From Rhynchopus sp. YZ270_cl-10 (Eukaryota), in contig OZ037835.1 of the NCBI GenBank assembly GCA_964035575.1, forward strand, positions 2,170,001 through 2,234,000: a stretch of DNA of 64,000 bases. Reading direction: 5' to 3'. The position numbers and the translations under genes were made by a program. Of the stretch, positions 1 through 12,063 are shown one piece after another. The notes below the pieces were generated by a model, which saw only the letters and a list, made by a program, of their open reading frames with translations, was not told the DNA's origin and made no database searches. The stretch's first letter is position 1; each line of letters begins with the position of its first letter.

Positions 1-1795
1 GGCACTCTTTAGCAGTTTAAGTTGAATATAAGAACCCCTTTCTTATATTAGCTTAAAAACGTCATTTTCGCTTTATTCTTACGCATATTATAAGATACGG
101 TATTACCCTTTCTTATATTCGACCCCCCCCCGGCATTTTTTTCCAATCACGACGGGACCCAGTGACAAGTGAAATCACGTGTCATTTCGCTTGTCACTTG
201 TTAAAGTAGTTTAGTTAGTAGTAAGTAGTTTTTTTTTCAGCCACGCCGACAAGCATAGCCTCTTTGCTTAGTTGTGTTTATGGTGCCACACGACGTGTTC
301 CACACTGACAATTCCCTTTTCCTCGTGGGTCTTCGTCTTAGCAGTAGGTGGCTTTCTCATGTAGTCTCTCATAGTTTATAGTGTTGCCTAGAGTCGCATG
401 GCACTTCATGGAATGTGTCGTGCACGAGAGGCACTCATCTTACAAGCTTTTCCTTGATTTGTTGCATACAAGCGTATTGGTTACAACTTGGAACTGTTTT
501 ATTCTCCCCACCCCCAACAACATCACATTCAGAAAACATCGTTTTTTTTTGTTTTTTATTCGCTCTCTTTTCTTCTTCCCTCACCTCATTGTTGTGAAGT
601 AAGCCTTTTTGTTCTTAGTCGCGAGTTTTCAAGTGCAGGAAAATGACCGGGCAGTGTTGGGGGCGCACTCGTTGAGTGCCGCACTGCAGATGACGTTGTC
701 ATCTGCATCAGTGGGTCCGCCACAAATGATATAGGCATCGGCATTGCACACGGCCTCCACCTTACCGTTTCTGTTCCTAATCCACAAAACCTCAAATTAC
801 TTTTTCTTTGCTTTTATTTATTGTCTTCACGCTTTACCTTTGTTGTTGTGTTGAGAAGTAATAAGGGATGTACCACACTGTGACATACAGAAAGCGCTGC
901 AACAGTTTTCATGCTCCCCCTTATTCCATTCACGATTTTCCCCTCGTTTTTTTAGAATCAACAGAGTGCGTACATTAAGATTTCTTTCCACTTTGGACTT
1001 TACTGACACTGTGCAATATCGATTGCGGTCGGCACAGAACGGCTGAGGTTCAAGTGAGACCCAACCATTTTCTTTTTTGTCATGATTCGTTTATTAATTG
1101 TCTTCACGCTTTATCATTGTTGTAGGGTTGAAATATAATTCCACCTACGTTTTATACGACTGTTGCGGCGTGAACTATCTATTCTGTGAAAGAGAATCCC
1201 CCGCAGGAGCCTTTCATCAGAAGCTGTTTTCTCCAGAAGACTCAAGAAGTCCTCCCAAAGGCTCCGTCTTCGAGTTGCTGCATTTCGCCCCTTTCCCCTT
1301 TCCCCTCAGCACATCAAACACATACGTGGAACACTCTGTGGAGACCATTTCAGATTATTTCCTGACAACTTTTATAGTGGTTCTCTACGAGCAGAGGATG
1401 GGGAAATACGAGTGTTGCCCTGCACCACAAGCCTCTCCCTTTTTGTCTTTTTTGTCTTTATTGTTTTATAGTTTGCGAGGGTCGGGAAAATGCCAAAAGG
1501 AAACGGTTTCCATGTAATCTTGAAATCTGGATTCCTGGAGTGGGGGGAGAAAATAATATGACCCCCCGCACTTCGGGCCTGCAACGACAAATAAAATATC
1601 TTCTCCCGTACGCGAAGGTCTTTCGCGCGCAGTACATTTCAAAGGAAACGTAAAATAAAGGATGCTTTGTCACGTCCAAATGTTATTCCCTCCACCCTCC
1701 ACACCACCACACACGACAGCGTTTTTATAACGGAACAACAACCCCTTCCTGCTTGCTTCTTCCTTCCCCCTCTTCCTTCTTCACCCTCTTTCAAA

Positions 1796-2455
1796 ATGAG
1801 CCCAGCCTTTGATGCACTCTCGTGCGCTGAGCCCACGAAGCATGCTCTTGCACGTGACCACCCTCTGATCACGATGCACTGGCAGAACGTCTTTGGGTGG
1901 ACCTCCGTAACACCCTTCAAGGCACGTGAGGGCAAGGACGGGGATGTGCTGTTTAGGTTTGAGACACAGCTGAGCCAGGCGAGCCTGTTTGCGCACTTTG
2001 CACTGTTCTGCACGTATCCGTCGTTTGTGATGGACGTGACTGATGTGGAGGGAGGCAAGCAGGAGAAGGTGGCGAGCATTGAGCACACCGCGTCGTGCTG
2101 TGGTGTGGGGCGGCTGCGTGCGTACACTGTGCGTGGCAACGTCTCTGAGTACATCGGTGAAGTCGTCCCTGGGTGTTGCTTCTCTGCTGTGGGCCAGATC
2201 TCGAACGCGTCTGCGGAGCCTGTTGGCAAGGTGGTGTACGCACAGCACAGCATGGGGGGCCTCTGTGGCAAGGAGGAGCTCACACTCCTGGGTGCGCTGG
2301 GCAGGAGGTGCGCGCTCACCCTTGCAGACCAGACTGCGTCCCAGCCTGCTGTCTACGAGATGCGTTCAGAGGAGGCTGTCAGCGAGGCGGAGAAGCTGCT
2401 CTTGATGTCTGCAGTCCTCTTCACAGGTCTGGTGAAGGAGGAGTTGGCTGTGTGA
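1796..2455 (+). CDS. Phospholipid scramblase / Tubby-C (LURP-one)-like protein, 219 aa, copy 1
   Basis: GC-rich coding-like ORF starting MSPAFDAL. Alternating beta-strand pattern, Cys pairs (SCCG, GCCF) and a C-terminal hydrophobic helix EKLLLMSAVLF resemble the scramblase/Tubby barrel core helix. Confidence 0.6.
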   Translation: MSPAFDALSCAEPTKHALARDHPLITMHWQNVFGWTSVTPFKAREGKDGDVLFRFETQLSQASLFAHFALFCTYPSFVMDVTDVEGGKQEKVASIEHTASCCGVGRLRAYTVRGNVSEYIGEVVPGCCFSAVGQISNASAEPVGKVVYAQHSMGGLCGKEELTLLGALGRRCALTLADQTASQPAVYEMRSEEAVSEAEKLLLMSAVLFTGLVKEELAV

Positions 2456-3233
2456 ATGGGGGGCGGTAGTTTAGTGATGTTTTGTTGTAAGAATGCTTTG
2501 TGTTTCGATTCAACGTTTATCACATCCAAGAAACACTCTTGCATCACTGTAGTTCGACCAATGTAATTCCCCCCCACCATAGTGGTAGCGTTTCGCAGAG
2601 TCTTGTCTTGTCTTTCTTTCTCATCTTTTTATTACCGTTGTCCGTGCCAGTGTGCCCCTACCCGCCCTCTACACACAAAGGCCCTGCCACCCATAGCATT
2701 GTCCACAGGTGTGCTGCAACAGTTTTGTTGCAATTCAACAGAACTGCCTCGGTCAAGGGCTTCTGTGTGGCATGAGTGGTGTAGGCGGCAAAAGGCACGT
2801 GCCCTTTCTCTTCTCCCATTCTCTCCCCTTCCAGCCTGCATACCCAAAACTGCAGGGGCGCCTCCCCGTTGTTTTCTTTTCTTTGGATAGACATAAAAAA
2901 GAAATGCAGAAGCAAAAATGTGTACTTTTTGTTTCTTCGAATGTTCGAATCCTGCCTGTGGAGGTGGGAGAGGTGTTTGCGGAATGTTCGGTTCTTTTCT
3001 TATGCTTTTACAAATTTTGGAGGATAACACATCACCCAAAGTTGTTTCGTCGAATCGAAGCTGAACCCGTAAAGTGGCCAAGCACAGAGAAGTTTAGGTT
3101 TATCTTATGCACGCTCTTCTTTGTTTTCGAAAAGGTGGTTCAGGTCTGTGATGTTGCGGTGTGAGGACCACCGAGTTACATTTCTCTGTTATTGGTAAAG
3201 TGACTAAGCAACGAGAGGCTTACTGAGGGGGAA

Positions 3234-3346
3234 GTCGAATATAAGAAAGAGTTGGGAAATGGGGGTTTTCAGATCTTTCTCCCTCGAAGATACTATTCGA
3301 GGAAGAACTGAAAACCACAATTTCCCAACCCTTTCTTATATTCGAC
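3234..3346. mobile_element. Short hairpin/MITE-like element (second copy 6064-6176)
   Basis: Perfect terminal inverted repeat GTCGAATATAAGAAAG...CTTTCTTATATTCGAC with further imperfect internal pairing. Confidence 0.7.
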
Positions 3347-3760
3347 CCGTCCACAGCGTCGGCACTCTTTAGCAGTTTAAGTTGAATATAAGAACCCATT
3401 TCTTATATTAGCTTTAAATACTTCGTTTTCGCTTTATTCTTACACCTTTAAATCTTTTAGCAGTTTAAGTTGAACATAAGATACCCCAGCATTTTTTTTT
3501 CGAACCGCGCCACAAGCATAGCCTCTTTGCTTAGTTGTGTTTGTGGTGTCATATGACGTGTTCCACACTGACAATTCCCTTTTCCTCGTGGGTCTTCGTC
3601 TTAGCAGTAGGTGGCTTTCTCATGTAGTCTCTCATAGTTTATAGTGTTGCCTAGAGTCGCATGGCACTTCATGGAATGTGTCGTGCACGAGAGGCACTCA
3701 TCTTACAAGCTTTTCCTTGATTTGTTGCATACAAGCGTATTCGTTACAACTTTTCTGTTG

Positions 3761-3915
3761 GTGACTAAGCACGAAGGATCTTACCTATTTTTCTATTCAC
3801 GACTTTCCCCTAGTTTTTAGAAGCAACAGAGTGCGTACGTTAAGATTTCTTTCCACTTTGGACTTTACTGTCACTGTGCAATATCGATTGCTGTCGGCAC
3901 AGAACGGCTTAGGTT
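3761..3915 (+). repeat. Dispersed short repeat family headed by GTGACTAAGCACGAGAGGCTTAGG
   Basis: Head motif or variants at 3200, 3761, 6592, 17071, 17925 and ~43715. Body (TTTTAGAATCAACAGAGTG...ACATTAAGATTT) at ~950, ~3815, ~6645, ~39645 and ~39910. Confidence 0.65.
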
Positions 3916-4634
3916 CAAGTGAGACCCAACCATTTTTTATTATTGTCTTCACGCTTTATCATTGTTGTAGGGTTGAAATATAATTCCACCTACGTTTTTT
4001 ACGACTGTTGCGGCGTGAACTATCTATTCTATGAAAGAGAATCCCCCGCAGGAGCCTTTCATCAGAAGCTGTTTTCTCCAGAAGACTCAAGAAGTCCTCC
4101 CAAAGGCTCCGTCTTCGAGTTGCTGCATTTCGCCCCTTTCCCCTTTCCCCTCAGCACATCAAACACATACGTGGAACACTCTGTGGAGACCATTTCAGAT
4201 TACTTCCTCGTGACAACTTTTATAGTGGTTCTCTACGAGCAGAGGATGGGCCAATGCGTGTGTGCGTTGCACCACAACCTCTCCTTTTTTGTCTTTATTG
4301 TCTTTATTGTTTTATAGTTTGCGAGGGTCGGGAAAATGCAAAAAGGAAACGGTTTCCATGTAATCTTGAAATCTGGATTCCTGGTGTGGGGGGAGAAAGC
4401 AATGTGACCCCCCACACTTCGGGCATGCAACAAATAAAATATCTTCTCCCGTTGTGTTTTTCGAGCGCAGTACATTTCAAAGGAAACGTAAAATAAGAGA
4501 TGCTTTGTCACGTCCAAAGGTTATTCCCTCCACCCTCCACATCACCACACACAACAGCGTTTTTATAACGGAACAACAAAACCCTTTCTGCTTGCTTCTT
4601 CCTTCCCCCTCTTCCTTCTTCACCCTCTTTCAAA

Positions 4635-5294
4635 ATGAGCCCAGCCTTTGATGCACTCTCGTGCGCTGAGCCCACGAAGCATGCTCTTGCACGTGACCAC
4701 CCTCTGATCACGATGCACTGGCAGAACGTCTTTGGGTGGACCTCCGTAACACCCTTCAAGGCACGTGAGGGCAAGGACGGGGATGTGCTGTTTAGGTTTG
4801 AGACACAGCTGAGCCAGGCGAGCCTGTTTGCGCACTTTGCACTGTTCTGCACGTATCCGTCGTTTGTGATGGACGTGACTGATGTGGAGGGAGGCAAGCA
4901 GGAGAAGGTGGCGAGCATTGAGCACACCGCGTCGTGCTGTGGTGTGGGGCGGCTGCGTGCGTACACTGTGCGTGGCAACGTCTCTGAGTACATCGGTGAA
5001 GTCGTCCCTGGGTGTTGCTTCTCTGCTGTGGGCCAGATCTCGAACGCGTCTGCGGAGCCTGTTGGCAAGGTGGTGTACGCACAGCACAGCATGGGGGGCC
5101 TCTGTGGCAAGGAGGAGCTCACACTCCTGGGTGCGCTGGGCAGGAGGTGCGCGCTCACCCTTGCAGACCAGACTGCGTCCCAGCCTGCTGTCTACGAGAT
5201 GCGTTCAGAGGAGGCTGTCAGCGAGGCGGAGAAGCTGCTCTTGATGTCTGCGGTCCTCTTCACAGGTCTGGTGAAGGAGGAGTTGGCTGTGTGA
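4635..5294 (+). CDS. Phospholipid scramblase / Tubby-C-like protein, 219 aa, copy 2
   Basis: Protein identical to 1796-2455. I noticed one synonymous change (GCA vs GCG near the 3' end). Confidence 0.6.
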   Translation: MSPAFDALSCAEPTKHALARDHPLITMHWQNVFGWTSVTPFKAREGKDGDVLFRFETQLSQASLFAHFALFCTYPSFVMDVTDVEGGKQEKVASIEHTASCCGVGRLRAYTVRGNVSEYIGEVVPGCCFSAVGQISNASAEPVGKVVYAQHSMGGLCGKEELTLLGALGRRCALTLADQTASQPAVYEMRSEEAVSEAEKLLLMSAVLFTGLVKEELAV

Positions 5295-7695
5295 ATGGGG
5301 GGCGGTAGTTTAGTGATGTTTTGTTGTAAGAATGCTTTGTGTTTCGATTCAACGTTTATCACATCCAAGAAACACTCTTGCATCACTGTAGTTCGACCAA
5401 TGTAATTCCCCCCCACCATAGTGGTAGCGTTTCGCAGAGTCTTGTCTTGTCTTGTCTTGTCTTTCTCAACTTTTTATTACTGTTGTCCGTGCCAGTGTGC
5501 CCCTACCCGCCCTCTACACACAAAGGCCCTGCCACCCATAGCATTGTCCACAGGTGTTCTGCAACAGTTTTGTTGCAATTCAACAGAACTGCCTCGGTCA
5601 AGGGCTTCTGTGTGGCAGAAGTGGTAGGCGGCAAAAGGCACGTGCCCTTTGTCTTTCCCATTCTCTCCCATACCCAAAACTGCAGGGGCGCCTCCCCGTT
5701 GTTTTCTTTTCTTTGGATAGACATAAAAAAGAAATGCAGAAGCAAAAATGTGTACTTTTTGTTTCTTCGAATGTTCGAATCCTGCCTGTGGAGGTGGGAG
5801 AGGTGTTTGCGGAATGTTCGGTTCTTTTCTTATGCTTTTACAAATTTTGGAGGATAACACATCACCCAAAGTTGTTTCGTCGAATCGAAGCTGAACCCGT
5901 AAAGTGGCCAAGCACAGAGAAGTTTAGGTTTATCTTATGCACGCTCTTCTTTGTTTTCGAAAAGGTGGTTCAGGTCTGTGATGTTGCGGTGTGAGGACCA
6001 CCGAGTTACATTTCTCTGTTATTGGTAAAGTGACTAAGCAACGAGAGGCTTACTGAGGGGGAAGTCGAATATAAGAAAGAGTTGGGAAATGGGGGTTTTC
6101 AGTTTTTTCTCCCTCGAAGATACTATTCGAGGAAGAACTGAAAACCACAATTTCCCAACCCTTTCTTATATTCGACCCGTCCACAGCGTCGGCACTCTTT
6201 AGCAGTTTAAGTTGAATATAAGAACCCATTTCTTATATTAGCTTTAAATACTTCGTTTTCGCTTTATTCTTACACCTTTAAATCTTTTAGCAGTTTAAGT
6301 TGAACATAAGATACCCCAGCATTTTTTTTTCGAACCGCGCCACAAGCATAGCCTCTTTGCTTAGTTGTGTTTATGGTGCCACACGACGTGTTCCACACTG
6401 ACAATTCCCTTTTCCTCGTGGGTCTTCGTCTTAGCAGTAGGTGGCTTTCTCATGTAGTCTCTCATAGTTTATAGTGTTGCCTAGAGTCGCATGGCACTTC
6501 ATGGAATGTGTCGTGCACGAGAGGCACTCACCTTACAAGCTTTTCCTTGATTTGTTGCATACAAGCGTCATTGGTTACAACTTTTCTGTTGGTGACTAAG
6601 CACGAAGGATCTTACCTATTTTTCTATTCGCGACTTTCCCCTAGTTTTTAGAAGCAACAGAGTGTGTACGTTAAGATTTCTTTCCACTTTGGACTTTACT
6701 GGCACAGAACGGCTTAGGTTCAAAGTGAGACCCAACCATTTTTTATTATTGTCTTCACGCTTTATCATTGTTGTAGGGTTGAAATATAATTCCACCTACG
6801 TTTTTTACGACTGTTGCGGCGTGAACTATCTATTCTATGAAAGAGAATCCCCCGCAGGAGCCTTTCATCAGAAGCTGTTTTCTCCAGAAGACTCAAGAAG
6901 TCCTCCCAAAGGCTCCGTCTTCGAGTTGCTGCATTTCGCCCCTTTCCCCTTTCCCCTCAGCACATCAAACACATACGTGGAACACTCTGTGGAGACCATT
7001 TCAGATTACTTCCTCGTGACAACTTTTATAGTGGTTCTCTACGAGCAGAGGATGGGCCAATGCGTGTGTGCGTTGCACCACAAACCTCTCCCTTTTTGTC
7101 TTTATTGTCTTTATTTTTTTATTGTTTGCGGGGGTCGGGGAAATGCCAAAAGGAAGAGTTAGCGATTTCCAATTTCTTTTTTAGGGTTTTTTTACTCCTC
7201 TGAAGGGACTTAGGGACTCTCTGAGTCGTATTTTTGCTTTTTTTTTTCTGGCCTTTTTTTGTTGCCTTGTTTATATTGTGCACTGCTCACTGAGCCTCTT
7301 AGGCAATACAGTATCCTGCTGGTTTGCTTGCGCGGCATGGTGTAATTTGGAATGTAACATTGGAAATCACTATGCCCTCCAGTTCTTGCCCCCCCATTAT
7401 TTACAGTGTCACTGTCTTCATTGCACCCAACTTTACAAGCACGTTCCTTAGTGTCAAAGTTCCGCTTCTTCGCTGTTAAACCGCGTATTTTTTTACCCTG
7501 GTTTCAGGGGTTTTTATTAATTTGTGACCACTGAATCACACAGTAGGTTGCAGACGGTGGTTCAGACGGAATTCCCAACACACAGGCGCCGGCATGGTGC
7601 CCTCACGCCACTGCGAAGGTGCGGCAATACCCCTTGCAACAACTAACCCAACACCGATATCAAAACACACCCCCACAGAAACACACACCCCCGCC

Positions 7696-8670
7696 ATGTC
7701 TTCCCTCGACTCTGCGTACCTGGGCGCCGTGCTGGCAGAGTACGTTGCTGTGTTTGCAGTGCTTCTGCCTATTGGCTGTGGTGCACTAGGTGGTGTCAGC
7801 ATATACCAATTCCGCCAGATGTACCTGCAGCCCACATACGAGACGTGGCGGTTGAAGTACAACCGCGAGTACCCAAGCGTCGAGGCCGTTACAAAGGAGA
7901 TTGTGTTCCTTGCTTGGTCCACGGTCGCTACGCAGGCACTTCTGGCGGTGAGCGTGCAGCTCGGGTTGAACGGCTACAACGGTTTGTTCTGGCAGAATTC
8001 GCCTGAATCTGACGCCTTCTCTGTTTGGGTGAATCTGCGCAACTTTGCCTTGGCCTTCTCCGCAGTCGATCTGTACAGCTATCTGTACCACTGGGCTGGA
8101 CACCGTTATGCCGTTTGCTGGGATGTGCACCGCTGGCACCACAAATTCTTCAACCCGACTCCGTTCGGTGTGATCGCGGACGACTGTCTTGACCAGGTGT
8201 TGCGTGCGATGCCGCTGCTGTTCTTGCCGTTGGTGATCCCAACGTTGAACGTCGCGGTTCTAGGGTTGGTCTTTGCGTTTGACCTGTGGTACGGCATCCT
8301 GCTGCACGGAGGACACGAAAACCTGACAGCACGCCACATCGCCGACGCATGCGAGCGCGTCGCAGGGACAGACGTCATCAACACCCCGCTGAACCATTTC
8401 CTGCACCACGCGATTTCTGGGCGCAGCTCCCCCGTCTACTGTGGCTTCTACGTGACCTGCTGGGACAAACTGTTCAGGACAGAGAACAAAGCCGCCCTGC
8501 AACGTTACCTTGATGACATCTACACACACGACAAGCGTGGTGCGGTGACAGGGTTCGTCCGGACACAGCGTGACTTTGATATCCTCAAAGCGCAAGGAAA
8601 GATCCCAGACTACAGCACGCTTGGCACTCTCGCACACTGGAGGGCAACAGATGTGTTTGGCACAAAGTGA
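7696..8670 (+). CDS. Sterol desaturase / fatty acid hydroxylase superfamily protein (ERG3/SC5D-like), 324 aa
   Basis: Di-iron histidine boxes HWAGH, HRWHH, HGGH and HFLHH with the expected spacing; FNPTPF and WDKLFRT motifs; hydrophobic TM segments. Start placed at MSSLDS after a CA-rich leader (upstream ATG at 7594 is possible). Confidence 0.9.
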   Translation: MSSLDSAYLGAVLAEYVAVFAVLLPIGCGALGGVSIYQFRQMYLQPTYETWRLKYNREYPSVEAVTKEIVFLAWSTVATQALLAVSVQLGLNGYNGLFWQNSPESDAFSVWVNLRNFALAFSAVDLYSYLYHWAGHRYAVCWDVHRWHHKFFNPTPFGVIADDCLDQVLRAMPLLFLPLVIPTLNVAVLGLVFAFDLWYGILLHGGHENLTARHIADACERVAGTDVINTPLNHFLHHAISGRSSPVYCGFYVTCWDKLFRTENKAALQRYLDDIYTHDKRGAVTGFVRTQRDFDILKAQGKIPDYSTLGTLAHWRATDVFGTK

Positions 8671-10442
8671 TTTTTAACAATTTTATCGTTTTTAGCGTGC
8701 GATCGAAGTGGTTCACCCAATGGGGAAAGTCTCTCTTTTCTCCTTTGTCGTTTCCGTTTGGTAGGATGTTGATTGTAGTTTTTTCTGTTTTGTGTTTTTT
8801 TTTCCACTTTTTTCTGTTCTCCTAATTGAAACTACATCGAATCTTAGAGTGGTAGGACTGCACTGGTTGGGGGTCCACCCCGGTACATCCGGTCATTGTA
8901 CCAAAGGTACACTGTCACGAGAGGGTTTTGTATTTTTCAAGCAAACTTTTTTTTTGTCCCTAACGGCCGCTTGTGTGTCTTCTGATACTGAATCTGACAG
9001 CGACAGCACGGCGTCTCGGCTACTAGTAGTGCTACTCGTCCACATGACTGGTGTTTTACGACTAGTCTTACACCAGTGTATCACCACTAGACTAGACTAG
9101 TTTAGTTCCGTTAGTAGCCCCCCTTGACTAGTCTGCCGTGGGCGCGAACAGAGATACTAGGTGTTCTCCCTCCCTCTAGCTAAAACACCTCGCTCTCTGA
9201 GCTCTGCTGAACTTTTTTTAGGCCGGGGAGGGCTAAAAAAAGGTACTGAAGCAGGCTAGATTCATCTTTTGTATCTTTTCTTTTTTGAGAGCGTATTGAC
9301 GTGTGTAGCGTAGCGAAAGGATGAACGGGGGGTTTTTTAAAAAATATTTTTTTCTGGATGAAAGGTGATTACTCAGCCGTTTCCTAGTGTATTTTTTTTT
9401 TTTCAGAATTTTTATTGTTGGTCTTTATTCAAAATTGCCCACAAAAATGGTTTCATACTCACTGGAAAAAAAAAAAAGGGAATGCGCTCTTTTCACGTTG
9501 CTACAAAAAAAATTTTTTTTTAAAAAGCTTGCATATTAACGTAGATAGCGTATCCAACCAAACGAAAGGCGAACCGGAGTTTTTATTTTGTTTTTTTTTT
9601 GGACATTGTCCGACAGCCATCCACATTTTCTTTTATTTTCCAAAAAAGATTTTTTTTTATCTTTTCCCCTCATTTGTTCCTCTCCTTCTTCCTCTCTCTT
9701 CCTCCCTCCCTCCCTCTCTAGCTTTTCATATTTGCACTGTTGCAGACTCTAGGTAAAAAGGTATATTCTCGACAATGCCCCGTTCACCACTTCATCACAT
9801 CATGAGACTGATGAGTGGAAGCGGGAGTACGGCATACTAGATGGAGACCACGAAATGGATGTAGGACTGCATGGGTTGGGGAAATGCTTTCAATGAAATC
9901 ATTTGTGTAGAAAAGTTTGAGGATGTGGTTGCTGTAAAAAAGGATGTATTTTTTTACAGATGCAGGTGCAATCTGGGGATGTGGGAAGACACTCTCACGA
10001 AAGTAAAAATGGGAAGTGTTTTCATTTTTCATGTGAACCTCTCAAATCAAACTTTTGTTTGCGCAGCTTTTTCTGTGGATTAGGAAATTGGTCCGATAAA
10101 AAAGTTATTCATAAACAAAAGTGACTCTTTTTGAGAATGGCATTTAAAAAAATGATTTTCTACCAACTCTTACGGGATTTTTTTTCTTCAAAAAAAAAAA
10201 TAAAACAACAAAAACAACTAAAGGCAAGGGGATGTGTCCAATGAAAATCACTTCGTATAGAAGAGCTCAAGGATGTAGGTTTTATTATTTTTTCAAAAAA
10301 TACAACAACTGGTGTGGCTGAGCCCAAAAAAAAGGGTATTATTTAGCAGTTTGTTAGCACTTTGTTAGCACTTTGTTAGCATGCATTTTTGGGGGGGTAG
10401 TGTATAAAAAAATTTTTCCCCACGGGTGTTGGAAAAAAATTT

Positions 10443-11419
10443 TTTTATCTAACTCAGTGAAATAAAACTCGTGTAATTTTTCGGATTACCCACAAAAGTG
10501 AGTGATATAATATGCCCTTTTTGTCACTCAATTTGAACCTAAAATACGTGGGCGAGTGAAAAAAAGTATCACTCAGTGAAAAAAAGCACTTTTTCATCAC
10601 TCCCCTTAAACACGCTCAAACACTGCCAAAAACGAGGAAGGACAGGATACATGACACTTACGGATACCAAGTCTCAGCGGGTATGAGAAGCAAGGAGGTG
10701 TACAAGAAGAAATGGGACGAGTTCTTGCGGCTTTCAAACCTCCGTAAGCCATCCAGCTTGGAGGAAGAACATTTCGCTGTCCACTTTTATCATCTTCGCA
10801 CTGTGCGAAACCTGGCAACGAGCACATGCTGGACTACTCACAGCATGTAAACAAGTACCTGGAAATTGAGGCCAGGCGTATCCCAGGTTGACCCCTCATT
10901 GAAGACGATGTCGAAAAATGAGCAACAGAAGCAGGCCTAAGCCTTCACACCGAGTGACCTGGTCCGCTTCGTGTGACACGGACCTCGAAAACGACACGTA
11001 CTGGCTTGTGAGGAAGTCCTGCATCTCAGTAAGGTTCTTCGGTGGATTGCGTACTGCGATCTTTTTTCTTGCTTTTAATCAGGCACCCAAATCCTCACGG
11101 GTACCTCAAAACACCTCATACCCCTGCCAAACATAGTATTTCGTAACAAAAATGGCATATTATATACTCACTTTTATAGGTAATCCGCAAAATTAAACTC
11201 GTTTATTTCCCCGTTAGATAAAAGATCGTATCTGATTCAAAAAGCGCACTTCATTCACCTCGGGTGGTGTGCTTCAGAGTTGCATGCTCCATGGCAACTC
11301 GCTGCGCTCGTTACCATGAACCATTTTAGTACACTCGCTGCGCTCGTGTACTAAAATCGGCAACTCTGAAGCACACCACCCTCGGGTGAAATAAAGTGCA
11401 CTTTTTGTCATCAGATAAA
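10443..11419 (+). mobile_element. Crypton-like tyrosine-recombinase element relic 1 (IR - YR pseudogene - IR - cruciform)
   Basis: ~80-bp imperfect inverted repeats (10443-10527 / 11146-11222) enclose a broken YR frame. A cruciform at 11229-11417 with two CTCGCTGCGCTCG loops follows. Confidence 0.75.
10623..11065 (+). pseudogene. Tyrosine recombinase pseudogene (N-terminal binding domain to catalytic Arg box I)
   Basis: Manual translation across stops and frameshifts: RSKEVYKKKWDEFL..EEHFAVHFYHLRTVRNLATSTCWTTHSM* / NKYLEIEA / YPRLT / LKTMSKNEQQKQA*AFTPSDLVRFV / DTYWLVRKSCISVRFFGGLRTA. Motif order matches eukaryotic Crypton-type YRs as I recall them. Confidence 0.7.
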
Positions 11420-11424
11420 TAACT

Positions 11425-11540
11425 ATTTTTTCGTTGGTGAGCTTTTTAACGCCGGCATTTGCATTTCCGGAATCCGTCCGGCCAGTGGTGGGGTCAATTC
11501 GCCGAAATGGACAAGTTCTCGTTTTTGGTCAATTTCCGCA
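11425..11540. repeat. Dispersed repeat; inverted copy at ~19443-19552
   Basis: CCGGCATTTGCATTTCCGGAATCCGTCCGGCCAGTGGTGGGGTCAATT is present as its reverse complement near 19475-19522. Confidence 0.85.
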
Positions 11541-11627
11541 GTATACACAGTATACACAGTATACACAGTATACACAGTATACACAGTATACACAGTATAC
11601 ACAGTATACACAGTATACACAGTATAC
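11539..11627. repeat. (CAGTATACA)n tandem repeat, ~10 copies
   Basis: Direct reading. Confidence 0.95.
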
Positions 11628-12063
11628 TCAGGGGGAAAACTCACTTTGTGGGCGCCGCAGGCGCACGGTACGCGTTTTTCGTGATTTTTTCCAGCCCCGT
11701 TCTGTGCGTTCTTTTGACTCAGCGAGTCGATTGCGTTCAACGGTGGGGTCACACATGGGTATGCAAGAGTGGAGGCGCGCCAACAGGGGGAGTGGAAAAA
11801 CCAAGGTAAAAAAATGTTTTTATACACCACCCCTAAAAAAAGGGTATTATTTAGCAGTTTGTTAGCAGTTCTTTAGCAGTGAAATTTGCTGGTTTCAGCC
11901 ACACCAACAACAAAAACAACAAAAGGCAACAATTTCCCCCAACACACCTACACCTACCCCTCTCTCTCTCCTCCCTTCCCCTAATCATTTCCACAGTTTT
12001 TTTTCTTTCAAAACACATTTTTTTTTTTTTGCAAATTTCAAAAAAAAAAATACCAAAAATAAT

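Larger units (their letters stand above)
1..7160. repeat. Tandem segmental duplication, ~2.8-3.4 kb unit, two full copies plus a partial third
   Basis: GGCACTCTTTAGCAGTTTAAGTTGAATATAAG recurs at 1, 3361 and 6191. The CDS and flanks are duplicated. The third copy diverges near 7160, before the CDS. Confidence 0.95.
10394..11833. mobile_element. Non-autonomous TIR element hosting the Crypton-like insertion
   Basis: GGGGTAGTGTATAAAAA at 10394 and TTTTTATACACCACCCC ending at 11833 are inverted copies with 1 mismatch. Confidence 0.5.

Noticed and set aside
1098..1517. ORF repeated at 3919 and 6662
   Set aside because: Conserved only because the segment is duplicated. Ends differ by frameshifts, there is no consistent ATG, and composition looks non-coding.
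1639..2319. Long antisense ORFs over real genes (also 4508, 14319, 32170, 51052)
   Set aside because: Shadow frames of GC-rich coding strands.
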